A DNA stretch of 64,000 nt, from positions 2,112,001 through 2,176,000 of the forward strand of contig CAXXLF010000002.1 in assembly GCA_963664015.2 (NCBI GenBank). Direction: 5' to 3'. Shown piece after piece: positions 32,136 to 41,038 of this stretch. Positions within the stretch are counted from its first letter, which is position 1. Every line of letters begins with the position of its first letter. Source of the DNA: Candidatus Binatia bacterium. GTDB lineage: Bacteria; Desulfobacterota; Binatia; UBA9968; CAXXLF01. The notes beneath the pieces were generated by a model, which searched no databases, was not told where the DNA came from, and worked only from the letters and a program-made list of their open reading frames with translations. Both the position numbers and the translations under genes were made by a program.

Positions 32136-33017
32136 CTAAAAAGGCTTTTCCCGTCCCGCGTAGATGACCTGTCTCTTAGCATCGTCTTTCTCCAGAGATC
32201 TCAAATGGACATTGCGGAAGAGGGTAAGGGGCTCAGTTCGGCCATTGACGAAGTTTCCCTCGATCGCCTGCATCTGGGCTTCGCCAAGGGGATGGAGAAA
32301 CTGTTCGTTTCGCTGGCGTAGTTCTTTGGCCCGGACCTGCTTGATCCGTTCTTTGACAACCTCGAATTCCTGTTCGCTCGGAGGTGTGGCGGCCAGATGA
32401 GCGATGGTTTCAGGTCCATGGTATAGCTCGTCGGCGACGATTTCCTTTTCGATAGGGACGATTCGTGCAAAGAAGGGGTCCGACGGATCGAGCTGGCTCA
32501 TCATATGATGCCAACCGACCGCACCGCCCTCGCCGCAAGCCAGGATCGCTGCAATCCCCCAGGGGGAGCTTCCCTTACAAACCCTCGCCCGCGTCGTGTA
32601 GTAGGCGTAGCTGTATGGCCAGACGGCCTTGGTGTCTTCGAAGCTCCCTCCAAAACGCCAACCGTAGGCACCGGGATTACCGTAGCGCTGCCAATCTTTG
32701 ACCGGACATGGCTTGTTATCCAGGTACCAGATGAGGACCTCCATGTATAAGGCATAGTGTTCCACCTCTTCGGTGGCGTCGTGGAGGGCCTTTTTGACTT
32801 CGTGAATGTTTCCCAGGGGTTCGGTCGGGCCGAGGAGCCTTCGGGCATGAACGTGTGCCGCCGTGTATTCCTTTGCCGCCTGAAGGGCTAGCCAGTGGAT
32901 ATCGCGTTCCCGCGTCCGCTGTGCCACGTACCCATCGACGACCTGCTTCATGGCGGCAGCCGAGCGGTCCATAATCTCCAAAATCTCTTCATGCACTTTA
33001 TCCGGTGAAAGCGCCAT
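32136..33017 (-). CDS. Ferritin-like diiron-carboxylate protein of unknown function
   Basis: Ligand pattern KE ... EEVEH ... GEGG ... DELYH (E, ExxH, E, ExxH); GGGAGGGG RBS. Confidence 0.75.
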   Translation of the reverse strand: MALSPDKVHEEILEIMDRSAAAMKQVVDGYVAQRTRERDIHWLALQAAKEYTAAHVHARRLLGPTEPLGNIHEVKKALHDATEEVEHYALYMEVLIWYLDNKPCPVKDWQRYGNPGAYGWRFGGSFEDTKAVWPYSYAYYTTRARVCKGSSPWGIAAILACGEGGAVGWHHMMSQLDPSDPFFARIVPIEKEIVADELYHGPETIAHLAATPPSEQEFEVVKERIKQVRAKELRQRNEQFLHPLGEAQMQAIEGNFVNGRTEPLTLFRNVHLRSLEKDDAKRQVIYAGREKPF

Positions 33018-33103
33018 ATTACCCCTCCCCTGTCTTTCCCGTTATCTCTTAAATGCTTTCTGATGGAATGTTTAACAGAACGCCTTCAAGTCCGTAAAGA
33101 GTT

Positions 33104-33346
33104 TTGACCGCCGATCAATGCGGATGGTCACAGATTAAGAGTTATTTAAGAATGCTCACCGCAGAGGTCGCAAAGAATTACTTTTTTTGTTTGTCGGGAG
33201 ACGACGACAAACAAAAACATGCCTTCTTCAGAGTAAGTCTTTTGCCCAATCGTCGTCTCCCGATTGGGCAAAAATTCTTCCCTCGGCGTACTCTGCGTCT
33301 CTGCAGTGAAATGTCCGAATCCTTATCTGCGATAATCTGCGGTTAA
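33104..33346. repeat. Nested palindromic intergenic element (three layers of inverted repeats)
   Basis: Outer TTGACCGCCGAT..CACAGAT / ATCTGCG..ATCTGCGGTTAA; middle TCACCGCAGAG / CTCTGCAGTGA; inner pair of perfect 13-bp hairpins at 33184-33217 and 33240-33273. Confidence 0.85.
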
Positions 33347-33397
33347 TTATTCCTAACGCTTTGCGCCATGCGCTTAGCGCTTTGTTGCCTGCTGTGC

Positions 33398-34441
33398 CTA
33401 GATTTCAATGCCGATGCCTGCTTGGCGGGCCTTATCATAAACCAATTTGCCCAGCGCCATAAAGCCTACCCCCTGGTCGCTGTTTTGTTTGAAGAGGGTG
33501 ATTTCTTGTGGATTGGATCGGCCTGGGATCTTGCCCGCAACCAGCTGCCCGAGTTCACCGATGTCTTTCCAGCCAATGATATCCCTGTTGATTGGTTCGA
33601 GCAGGTCCCCTTGCTCGTCCTGTCGTGCTTGTTCCACCAGCGTGGCAACAATGACATCAGCGCGCCGTAACACCTCGTCATCGAGCTCTCGTCTCGGGGA
33701 TGAAACCAGTCCCTGTTCGAGCAGTTCTTTGTTACTGCCGACGATGGAGGTTACGTGGACTCCGGGAGTCAACCACTCGCCGTAAAGGACCGGGACGTTG
33801 CTTCCGGTAGCGCAAACCACCAAGTCGGCAGCTGAGGCTGCCTGCTCCGGATGGTTTACGGCTTCCAGTTCGGCTTGGACGTGCTTTTGCATTTGTGCGC
33901 AGAATGCACTGCGGTTTTCCCGAATCCGACTGTAGACCTTAACCTTTTCAATGGGTCGGATGGCGCACATGGTCATCAAGTGGCGACGGGCTTGGCGCCC
34001 GGTGCCGTAAAGTCCCAGGACCCGGGCGTCCGGTCGGGCAAGGACCCTTGTTCCGACGGCGCTCGTGATGCTCGTCTCGGTCGCAAACATCTCATTGGGG
34101 CCATCGAATTCAAAGAGCGGTAGGGATCCAACGATGAGGGCCAGTAGATCGGCGGATTCGCTGTCGTAGAGTACGTATACTCTGGCACCTGCATGAGCGT
34201 ACTGTTGGGCCTCACGGGTATAGCTGAAACGTTCGTAATGAATGAAGGTCCCGGCAGCGCTCAGATCATGGCATCCCCCGGGGTGAATCGTGAGCCTTCG
34301 ATCCTCATGCAGCATACGCAGGCGTGGTAGGCTGAAGTGGGGTCTCTCCCCCTGATTGCGAAAGCCCTGTTCCACGGCGTCAATTGCCTCATGGAGGTTG
34401 ATCAAGCCCTTGAGATCCTGAGATTTTATAACGAGGGCCAT
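33398..34441 (-). CDS. Ornithine cyclodeaminase / mu-crystallin family protein (divergent)
   Basis: LGLYGTGRQA dinucleotide motif, ADLVVCAT, GVHVTSI, RRELDD, GKIPGR...ITLFK. Confidence 0.88.
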   Translation of the reverse strand: MALVIKSQDLKGLINLHEAIDAVEQGFRNQGERPHFSLPRLRMLHEDRRLTIHPGGCHDLSAAGTFIHYERFSYTREAQQYAHAGARVYVLYDSESADLLALIVGSLPLFEFDGPNEMFATETSITSAVGTRVLARPDARVLGLYGTGRQARRHLMTMCAIRPIEKVKVYSRIRENRSAFCAQMQKHVQAELEAVNHPEQAASAADLVVCATGSNVPVLYGEWLTPGVHVTSIVGSNKELLEQGLVSSPRRELDDEVLRRADVIVATLVEQARQDEQGDLLEPINRDIIGWKDIGELGQLVAGKIPGRSNPQEITLFKQNSDQGVGFMALGKLVYDKARQAGIGIEI

Positions 34442-34445
34442 AGGT

Positions 34446-34669
34446 CTATCCGCCTTCGCAGAAGATCATGGGTGGCCTACTCCGCCGCCGTAGCCTAGGG
34501 CTACGATGGCTGGATAAGCCCTGGGATGAATGCGACGGTCGGACCCTCCGCCCTGCGGCCCAAAGCCTTCGGGTGACGGGCCACAGCTCGAAGAGCAAAG
34601 GAGGGTGCTTCGGCGGATTCCGCCGAAGAAATGAAGGACACCCCGGTTGTAAGCCCGTGGTGTCTTCAT
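34446..34669 (-). mobile_element. Non-autonomous IS200/IS605-like miniature element with a palindrome inserted in one end
   Basis: Subterminal hairpin ATGAAGACACCACGGG...CCGGGGTGTCCTTCAT at one end and CATTCATCCCAGGG...TCTTCTGCGAAGGCGGATAG at the other, resembling IS200/605 ends as I recall them; no transposase. Confidence 0.5.
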
Positions 34670-34780
34670 TTTCCGTCCCGCTCAAACCCTTGGAACACAC
34701 GGGTGGGAGCATACAACGAGGGTGCGTGAGGGGCAACCGGTTAGTTGTGAATCGGAATCTGCGGTGAGATACGCTAAGGC

Positions 34781-35842
34781 TCAAAGCCCGTATAGGGCGA
34801 GGGGATTGTCTCCCAGAATCTTGTCGATAGACTCGCTTGGGATTTTGCCGTCGGTCTTGAGCTTGCGCAGCGCGTTGATCTCCGATGCGGTGTCGTTGTG
34901 ACCGTAATCAGTCCCCAGAACGATATGGTTGTCTCCTACGTGTTCGAGAATGTAGGGCAGATCGTCGCTGGTCTGGCAGGCTACATAAATGTGGTTCTCC
35001 CTGAGGAGTTCCGTGGCAGGCCAAGCCTTCCGTTTTTTGTGGTAACCGATTTCCAGGTGGTTCATGACGTATGGGAGCCATTCGGCACTGACCTCGACAA
35101 AGGCCCAGCGCAGGTCGGGAAACTTTTGCGGTAACTCGGTAGTGATGAGGCTGCCGAAAAAGTTAATGGGGCCGAATTTAAACTGTGCCAGACTGGCTCC
35201 CCGCCCGAAAATATCGAACATGTCCAGATTCCCCTGTGAGGCATGAACACAAATGGGCATTCCCAGACGGCTCGCCTCTTGATAGAGGGGGAAAAAATAC
35301 GGGTCCGTGGGGAGCTTGTCGGCCTCGACCCCTCGTATAAAGACGCCGCAGGCGCCGTTCTCCTTGCCGAAGTTTAACTCCTCGATAGCTTGGTCCAGGT
35401 AGTGGAGTGGCGGTATGACTACCCAGCGCAGGCGGCCTTCCCCTGCTTTCCAGATATCGGCAAGCCAGCGGTTGTAGCTCTTGCACAAGGCCGTGTCCAC
35501 ATGGGGCAAGGGCGTCAGGGCCCGTAAAAAGAGGCTTGGGTAGAGCACCTGAACATTGATCCCCAGCTCGTCCATATGGGCAAGGCGGGCTTCTATATCC
35601 TCCATCTCCCGCGTCTCTCGGGCGGTGTCGTATCCGATGTTTCCGTCCTTGGCGAAGACCCGGTTCCCGATCATCCAGTACTCGCCTGCCTGCCGCCTGC
35701 CGTCAGTCGGTTTCGCCGGGTGTTTGAAGACCATGATACGTGGCCCAAATGCCCGTTCACTTTCACTCATGTACTCCCAGGTTCGCTCCCATTCCACCAC
35801 ATGCGCGTCGGCGTCAATGATCGACATTGGTTCAATCCTCAT
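34781..35842 (-). CDS. Amidohydrolase_2 family protein (ACMSD/LigI-like)
   Basis: IIDADAHV, RLAHMDELGI..QVLYPS, YNRWLAD, YFFPLY, VH, GTDYGH. Confidence 0.92.
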   Translation of the reverse strand: MRIEPMSIIDADAHVVEWERTWEYMSESERAFGPRIMVFKHPAKPTDGRRQAGEYWMIGNRVFAKDGNIGYDTARETREMEDIEARLAHMDELGINVQVLYPSLFLRALTPLPHVDTALCKSYNRWLADIWKAGEGRLRWVVIPPLHYLDQAIEELNFGKENGACGVFIRGVEADKLPTDPYFFPLYQEASRLGMPICVHASQGNLDMFDIFGRGASLAQFKFGPINFFGSLITTELPQKFPDLRWAFVEVSAEWLPYVMNHLEIGYHKKRKAWPATELLRENHIYVACQTSDDLPYILEHVGDNHIVLGTDYGHNDTASEINALRKLKTDGKIPSESIDKILGDNPLALYGL

Positions 35843-36932
35843 TTTTTGCGAGTTTGGGAATGCTGATGTTGTAAAGCCGAGCTACGTTCTCTCGCAGCAG
35901 CTTGGCCCGAGTCTCGGAGGGAAGGCCTCCCATGTCTCTGGCCACGATGTCACGTGAGTGAGGCCACGTGGAATTGCCATGGGGGTAATCATTGGACCAC
36001 ATACAGTTATCAGTTCCCCACCACGACAGCATATGGCCTCCCACGGCATCGTTAAAAAAGGTGGCGTACACCTGCCGGTGGAAGTACTCGCTGGGCAGCA
36101 GCTTTATGGATAACGCAGAGGGCCGACTGGAGGCAAAGCGTTTGAAGTAGTAATCCCACTGCTCAAGGACGAACGGGATCCAACCGATCTCATTCTCTAC
36201 GCAAACGACTTTGAGCCGGGGAAATCGCTCCAGCACGCCGGAGTAGATAATGTCGTATAAGGTGTCAACGGCCTGGAACATCTTGTGGTTCACGCTGCTC
36301 CGGTTTTGGTTGATGCTGGGATCGGGTGCCTGGACAGTGGGCTGTTCCAGGGCGCGGCCCTTGCTGTAGCCGTGGCCGCTCAGGATGTGGAGGTTGACCG
36401 GCATCTCCAGTTCCTGAGCCGCTGCCCAGAATCGCTCGTAGTGGTCAGAGGTAAAAGGTAATTCAGGCGGAGGAACCTGCCAGATGACTGTCCCGCGAAG
36501 CCCGGCCTTCCGGCACCGCTCCATCTCCTCTATGGCCCCGTCGATGTCATACATGGAAAGCATGGCAAGGCCAATGAGTTGGTCCGGCGCTGCCTGGCAG
36601 TAATCAATAAGCCAATCGTTGTAGACCCGCGTGCAGGCCTTTTCCAGGGAAGGGTCATCCAGGCTCAAGACTTTGAGCCCGTGGGTGGGGTAGAGGACTT
36701 CCCCGCTGACACCGTCGGCCGCCATCTCTTTGACCCGCTGCCTCTTATCCATGGCCCCGGGATGATCGTTTTTCCTGCGGCCGCCGAAGCCCGGGGCACG
36801 GTCTTGGAAGGCCTTGGGCAGTTGTTTCTTCCAAAGGCCCTCGGGCTCGATGACATGGGAGTCCGATGATATGAGAATCTCGTCGGCAATCGGTGTGGCC
36901 GGTCGGCCGTAAGTGCGTTCTAAAACAGCCAT
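35832..36932 (-). CDS. Amidohydrolase_2 family protein
   Basis: ISSDSHVIEP, EVLYPT, YNDWL, YERFWAAAQEL..PVNLH, GVLERFP, WSNDYPH. Confidence 0.92.
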   Translation of the reverse strand: MAVLERTYGRPATPIADEILISSDSHVIEPEGLWKKQLPKAFQDRAPGFGGRRKNDHPGAMDKRQRVKEMAADGVSGEVLYPTHGLKVLSLDDPSLEKACTRVYNDWLIDYCQAAPDQLIGLAMLSMYDIDGAIEEMERCRKAGLRGTVIWQVPPPELPFTSDHYERFWAAAQELEMPVNLHILSGHGYSKGRALEQPTVQAPDPSINQNRSSVNHKMFQAVDTLYDIIYSGVLERFPRLKVVCVENEIGWIPFVLEQWDYYFKRFASSRPSALSIKLLPSEYFHRQVYATFFNDAVGGHMLSWWGTDNCMWSNDYPHGNSTWPHSRDIVARDMGGLPSETRAKLLRENVARLYNISIPKLAKNED

Positions 36933-36971
36933 TACTCCGTCTTTCCCATTGGATGATCGATTGGCGTGGAA

Positions 36972-37412
36972 TTATGCGCCGAAGAATTTACCTGGGATCG
37001 GTACGCCTGGGATATTTTTGTTTTCCTCATCCGAAAGGGGGCGCCCATGGGTTCCCAAGCGATAGCCGCCCTCGGGTTTTCTGCCGGCGCCGACTCGGAC
37101 CAGCACCAGGTTCTCATTACCCGTGCTCTGAAAGTAGTAATAAGCGCCCCTGGGCAGCATGATCCCCTCGTGTTTGTTGACCACAGTCGTGTTTCCGGAT
37201 TCGTCATGGAAGGTCGCCTGACCTTGCATAATTATGAACGAGTGATCTTCGTCCTGGTGCGCATGGAGTCCGTTTTCGCCCCCTTCAGCGTATACCTTGA
37301 TCCGTACTTTCAGCAGATCCGTCCCGGCGACAGTCTTATTCGTTCGCCCAGCCGATAAGAGCGGCGTCTTGAGAGAGAAGATCTGCGCTTTGGGTCGACT
37401 CTCAGTTTTCAT
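36972..37412 (-). CDS. Cupin domain protein
   Basis: GGENGLHAHQDEDH...GQATF...LPRGAYY. Confidence 0.88.
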   Translation of the reverse strand: MKTESRPKAQIFSLKTPLLSAGRTNKTVAGTDLLKVRIKVYAEGGENGLHAHQDEDHSFIIMQGQATFHDESGNTTVVNKHEGIMLPRGAYYYFQSTGNENLVLVRVGAGRKPEGGYRLGTHGRPLSDEENKNIPGVPIPGKFFGA

Positions 37413-37516
37413 GTGGACCTCCTTCCTGCCTCCCGTCTTATCCCCCTATCGTTCGGATCGAGCCTCCGGTCGATGGAATTCTATTATACCCTGTCCCAAT
37501 GCTTCTGCACCCGCCC

Positions 37517-38716
37517 TTACGGATGGGTACTGGAAACCCAGCGTTGAGCAGCACCGGGTTGGAATTTCTGCTGGCGGCGATCTCGCATCTTCTGTAAGAA
37601 TCCGGTCAACCCGGTTTCAATGATATCATGGGTTGGGTCTCGGATGATTCCGAGGAGATCTGCTCCCGGCTGGACCTTATCTATATCCCGAGCCAATAGC
37701 TCACGCAACATCATGATCCCGCGATCGGGAGTCGCCAATCGCTCGGTGGTCCGATTGGCGATGGGGCCCTGGGTTTCCCAAGCCATGTAATCCTGGGCGT
37801 CTACCCGGTCCAGTCTGTGTTTGGTGAATGGGTGACGCGCGTCAACGGGAGTCTTGAAAGGCTCGACATATTCCACGGCTGGCTCATAATCCTGGGGTAC
37901 AGGCTTGCCGTCCTCCGAATGCTCGAAGATCCCGTAATAGATTTGCGTATGGGTGTCGTCAACGGGTACGCGAATATGGGTGTAATTGGCGAGCCGGAGA
38001 ACGTTGGGGAAGATCAGAGGATGTTCGTCCACGAAGCCAACTTTATAGGTTCGCTTCTTCATGATGCCATAGGGGACATTGATGAACTCGTCCTTTTCTA
38101 CGTCATCGGTATGTCCCCGCGTCGTGTTGGTTGCGCTTCTTCGCCTGGCTGTCGCATCCTGATGCAGAATCTGAAGATGCGCGGGGTCCACCGAGTTCTC
38201 CATGGCCTGAAACCAGTTGCAGTCGAGTTGAGGTTTTACGGAGATCCGCCACTTCCCATCGGGCCGCGCCCAGACATCGTACTTGGGGATTATCGGCGTA
38301 GGTTGCGGGCCCATATAGGTCCAGTACAGCCCTACGAAGTTTTGTACCGGATAGGCAGTGTTCTTTACCGTCAAGTGAAACTTGCTCTCCGCGAGCTCCG
38401 CTGGGCATTCTAAACAGTTCCCCTTCACGTCGTACAGCCAGCCGTGATAGGCGCAGGCGATTCCCCTTCCCTCAACTCGGCCGTACGCCATGGATGCCCC
38501 GCGGTGGCAACAACGGTCGCCGATCAAACCGACACGGCCGCTTCGGTCCTTGAAGAGAACCAGGTCCTCACCCAAAATACGGACGAACTTGGTGGGATTC
38601 TCTTCGGTCAGCTCTTGGCCCACAACTACCGGGTATCAGTAGCGACGGAGTAGATTTCCCGCCGGTGTGCCCGGACCTACCGGGGTCAATGTTTCGTTTT
38701 CTTCCCGCGTCAACAT
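37517..38716 (-). pseudogene. Rieske oxygenase alpha subunit (LigX-like) with a nonsense codon
   Basis: From ATG 38716: MLTREENETLTPVGPGTPAGNLLRRY*YPV, TGA 38636-38638 at the conserved Trp; CCHRG/CAYHGW, ENSVDPAHLQILH and QDYMAWETQG intact. Confidence 0.88.
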
Positions 38717-38738
38717 GATAGGTGCCTGCTTCGATCTT

Positions 38739-39890
38739 TTAACGATAGACAGATTCAGGCATCTGGAACTCTGCCCCCGATCTTTTCAATGCTTCTGTAA
38801 AGTCTTTGCGTACCTGAGGGTCTTCGTCCCGGTACTCGATGGTATTTCCGCCCTGGGACTGGTCCAGGTTCCAGGTCGTCTCATCGCCCGGCGCCCCGTA
38901 CACTGGCCGCGGATAGCCGCCGAGAAAAGCGAGAACTCGAAAGCGCTCTTTTGAGGTGCCAAAGTGGGCATGATACCAGTTATCACCGCCAGGAGCTGCA
39001 CTGATGAGCCCACCCTCGGTATAATCTTGTCTCTTGACCATATGGCCTTTCCCGGTTTCCCATGGACGGATTCCTAGCTCCCTGGGCCATGTGATGGAGT
39101 ATCCCTGCCCGCCCACACAGACCACGACCGCCCCCGATGGATGGTAGTGGGCTTTGGAGTATCGCCCCGGCGGGTACTGGGCGAGAAAACCTCGGAAGGT
39201 GTTTCCGGAAAGTTGCCAAGTAAAATGGCGGTGGCCGGCACCCCGTTGGTTTTCCAGTGGTAGCTCACAGTTCATAGTGTCGGGTATCAGGTTGCTGGGG
39301 TTGATGTATCGACCCGAATGCGGGTTGGTTGTCAGTTGATCAGCGGGCTTGAAGTAGTCCGCGTTGGCTCCGTAACGGTCGTCGAATTCGAAAGAATTCT
39401 CAAATATGAATTGACGGCTCCGGTAAAGGGCCATGATGGGAGGCGCATTGGTGGCAACGAGCACCAGGGCCGGGCTGGATGCGGCATTCACCAGACGATG
39501 CCAGGTATTGAGAGGGGAAGAGAAGAGACTGCTTTTCTGCCACTCAAAGACCTGCTTCTTTTGGGGACTGCTGTCTTTCCAGATCTCAGTGGTACCGCGG
39601 CCCTCCACAACGTAGTATATCTCTTCGTACATGTGCCTTTCGGCGTTCAGGGCCCCCCCGGGAGGGATTTGGATAAGATACAGGCCGGATCTCCCGCCGA
39701 TCCCGTTAAGCTCCAAATAAGCGCCCTGGCCGCCGGTCCGTTTCCAGGGACCCAGAGTCACATCTCTCACATCATAAATACCCAGGCCCCGGACGATTGG
39801 AATGCCCTCTTCCTCAATAAAAGACTCGTAGTCTGTCGGAGGCCGATTCCAGCGGAAACGCCCTACGACTTTTAGATCTTCCTCAGCCAT
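38739..39890 (-). CDS. Bicupin protein (gentisate-dioxygenase-like fold)
   Basis: AERHMYEEIYYVVEGRG, PLNTWH, YSKAHYH, WYHAHF; start MAEEDL at 39890 behind GGAGGG. Confidence 0.85.
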   Translation of the reverse strand: MAEEDLKVVGRFRWNRPPTDYESFIEEEGIPIVRGLGIYDVRDVTLGPWKRTGGQGAYLELNGIGGRSGLYLIQIPPGGALNAERHMYEEIYYVVEGRGTTEIWKDSSPQKKQVFEWQKSSLFSSPLNTWHRLVNAASSPALVLVATNAPPIMALYRSRQFIFENSFEFDDRYGANADYFKPADQLTTNPHSGRYINPSNLIPDTMNCELPLENQRGAGHRHFTWQLSGNTFRGFLAQYPPGRYSKAHYHPSGAVVVCVGGQGYSITWPRELGIRPWETGKGHMVKRQDYTEGGLISAAPGGDNWYHAHFGTSKERFRVLAFLGGYPRPVYGAPGDETTWNLDQSQGGNTIEYRDEDPQVRKDFTEALKRSGAEFQMPESVYR

Positions 39891-40287
39891 GACTTTCCCT
39901 CCAGATGTATAATCCCAGGTAAATTTTTCACTAGCGGTGTTGAACTGGACTCCGTCCAAATCGAAAAGCGACCCGATGCAGAAATTGGAGTGCCAGACTC
40001 GTGGGTGCCCAATACGCAGAACTCCTATACTGATGGCACATATATACCTCTCCAACTTCCTTGGCAAGAGGGTTTTAACGGTTCCGCGGCCCTTCAAAAG
40101 CACAATTTTCCCATCTCGTTATGGAACCGGGCCAACAGGATTTACGGTCTCCGCTTGACACCGCCAGCCCAGTGATATAGACGCCGATGGAGTCGTCCGC
40201 CGTTGATTACTCTCTCCCCACACTGCCCATGGGTGGAAAAAGGCGGGTGGGTTCCCAATCTAATCCAATTCAGGAGGTTCCAGACCC

Positions 40288-40920
40288 ATGGCCTTTTCAA
40301 CCATTGAACCAGAAAAAACAGGGCTTCTCTTCTTCGACATGCTCAATGTCTACTACCGAAACCCGAAACGTGAAATTAAAAGCAAAGCCCTGGAAACGGT
40401 AATGGCCAATGCAGTCCAATTGCGTGATGCAGCCCGGGCTGCGAGCATTCCCATTTTCTACGCCAAGGCGGATCATCGGCCGGACGGTTCAGACACAGAT
40501 CCTCTGCTTACGGATACGGACATGAGGTTGAATCCCTGGAAAGACCCCGAACGGATCGGCAGGCAGGTACCGGCTGCGCAGCATGGTTCATGGGAAGCAG
40601 AGGTGATCGACGAAATTGCGCCCGAGCCATCGGACTATCTGATTAACAAGCACCGATGGAGCGCGTTCTTTCAAACTCACCTGGAGTTGTCCCTGAGGGC
40701 ACGAGGAATCGATACCGTATTGGTGTCCGGGGGAGCGACCGAGATCGGAGTGGCAAGCACCGCGTATTCGGCTCGAGACTTGGGGATTAACCTGATTATT
40801 GTTAAAGACGCCTGCTCCTCCGGCCACCCGGAAATTCTGGCAATGTACATGGACAAGGTATTCCCTCGGATGGGGCGGGTTCGTACCACCGAACAGGCCA
40901 TAGAGATGATCCGACGGTAG
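40288..40920 (+). CDS. Isochorismatase / cysteine hydrolase family protein
   Basis: LLFFDM, KHRWSAFFQT.LELSLR, GGATEIGVASTA..ARD, DAC; Gly sits at the usual nucleophilic Cys. Confidence 0.9.
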   Translation: MAFSTIEPEKTGLLFFDMLNVYYRNPKREIKSKALETVMANAVQLRDAARAASIPIFYAKADHRPDGSDTDPLLTDTDMRLNPWKDPERIGRQVPAAQHGSWEAEVIDEIAPEPSDYLINKHRWSAFFQTHLELSLRARGIDTVLVSGGATEIGVASTAYSARDLGINLIIVKDACSSGHPEILAMYMDKVFPRMGRVRTTEQAIEMIRR

Positions 40921-41038
40921 GCTGAGGAGTAGCTGATTTCTTGACCGGGCTTTGTGGGATGGATAGGATCAACTTGGATTAACTTGATTGAATATTCTTT
41001 CGCAGAAGACCGAGGGCTTAAGCCCTTGGTCGCTTTAT

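Noticed and set aside
33104-33346. 80-aa ORF here, and similar ORFs over 34446-34784 and 56820-57023
   Set aside because: They coincide with palindromic repeat elements and lack protein-like features.
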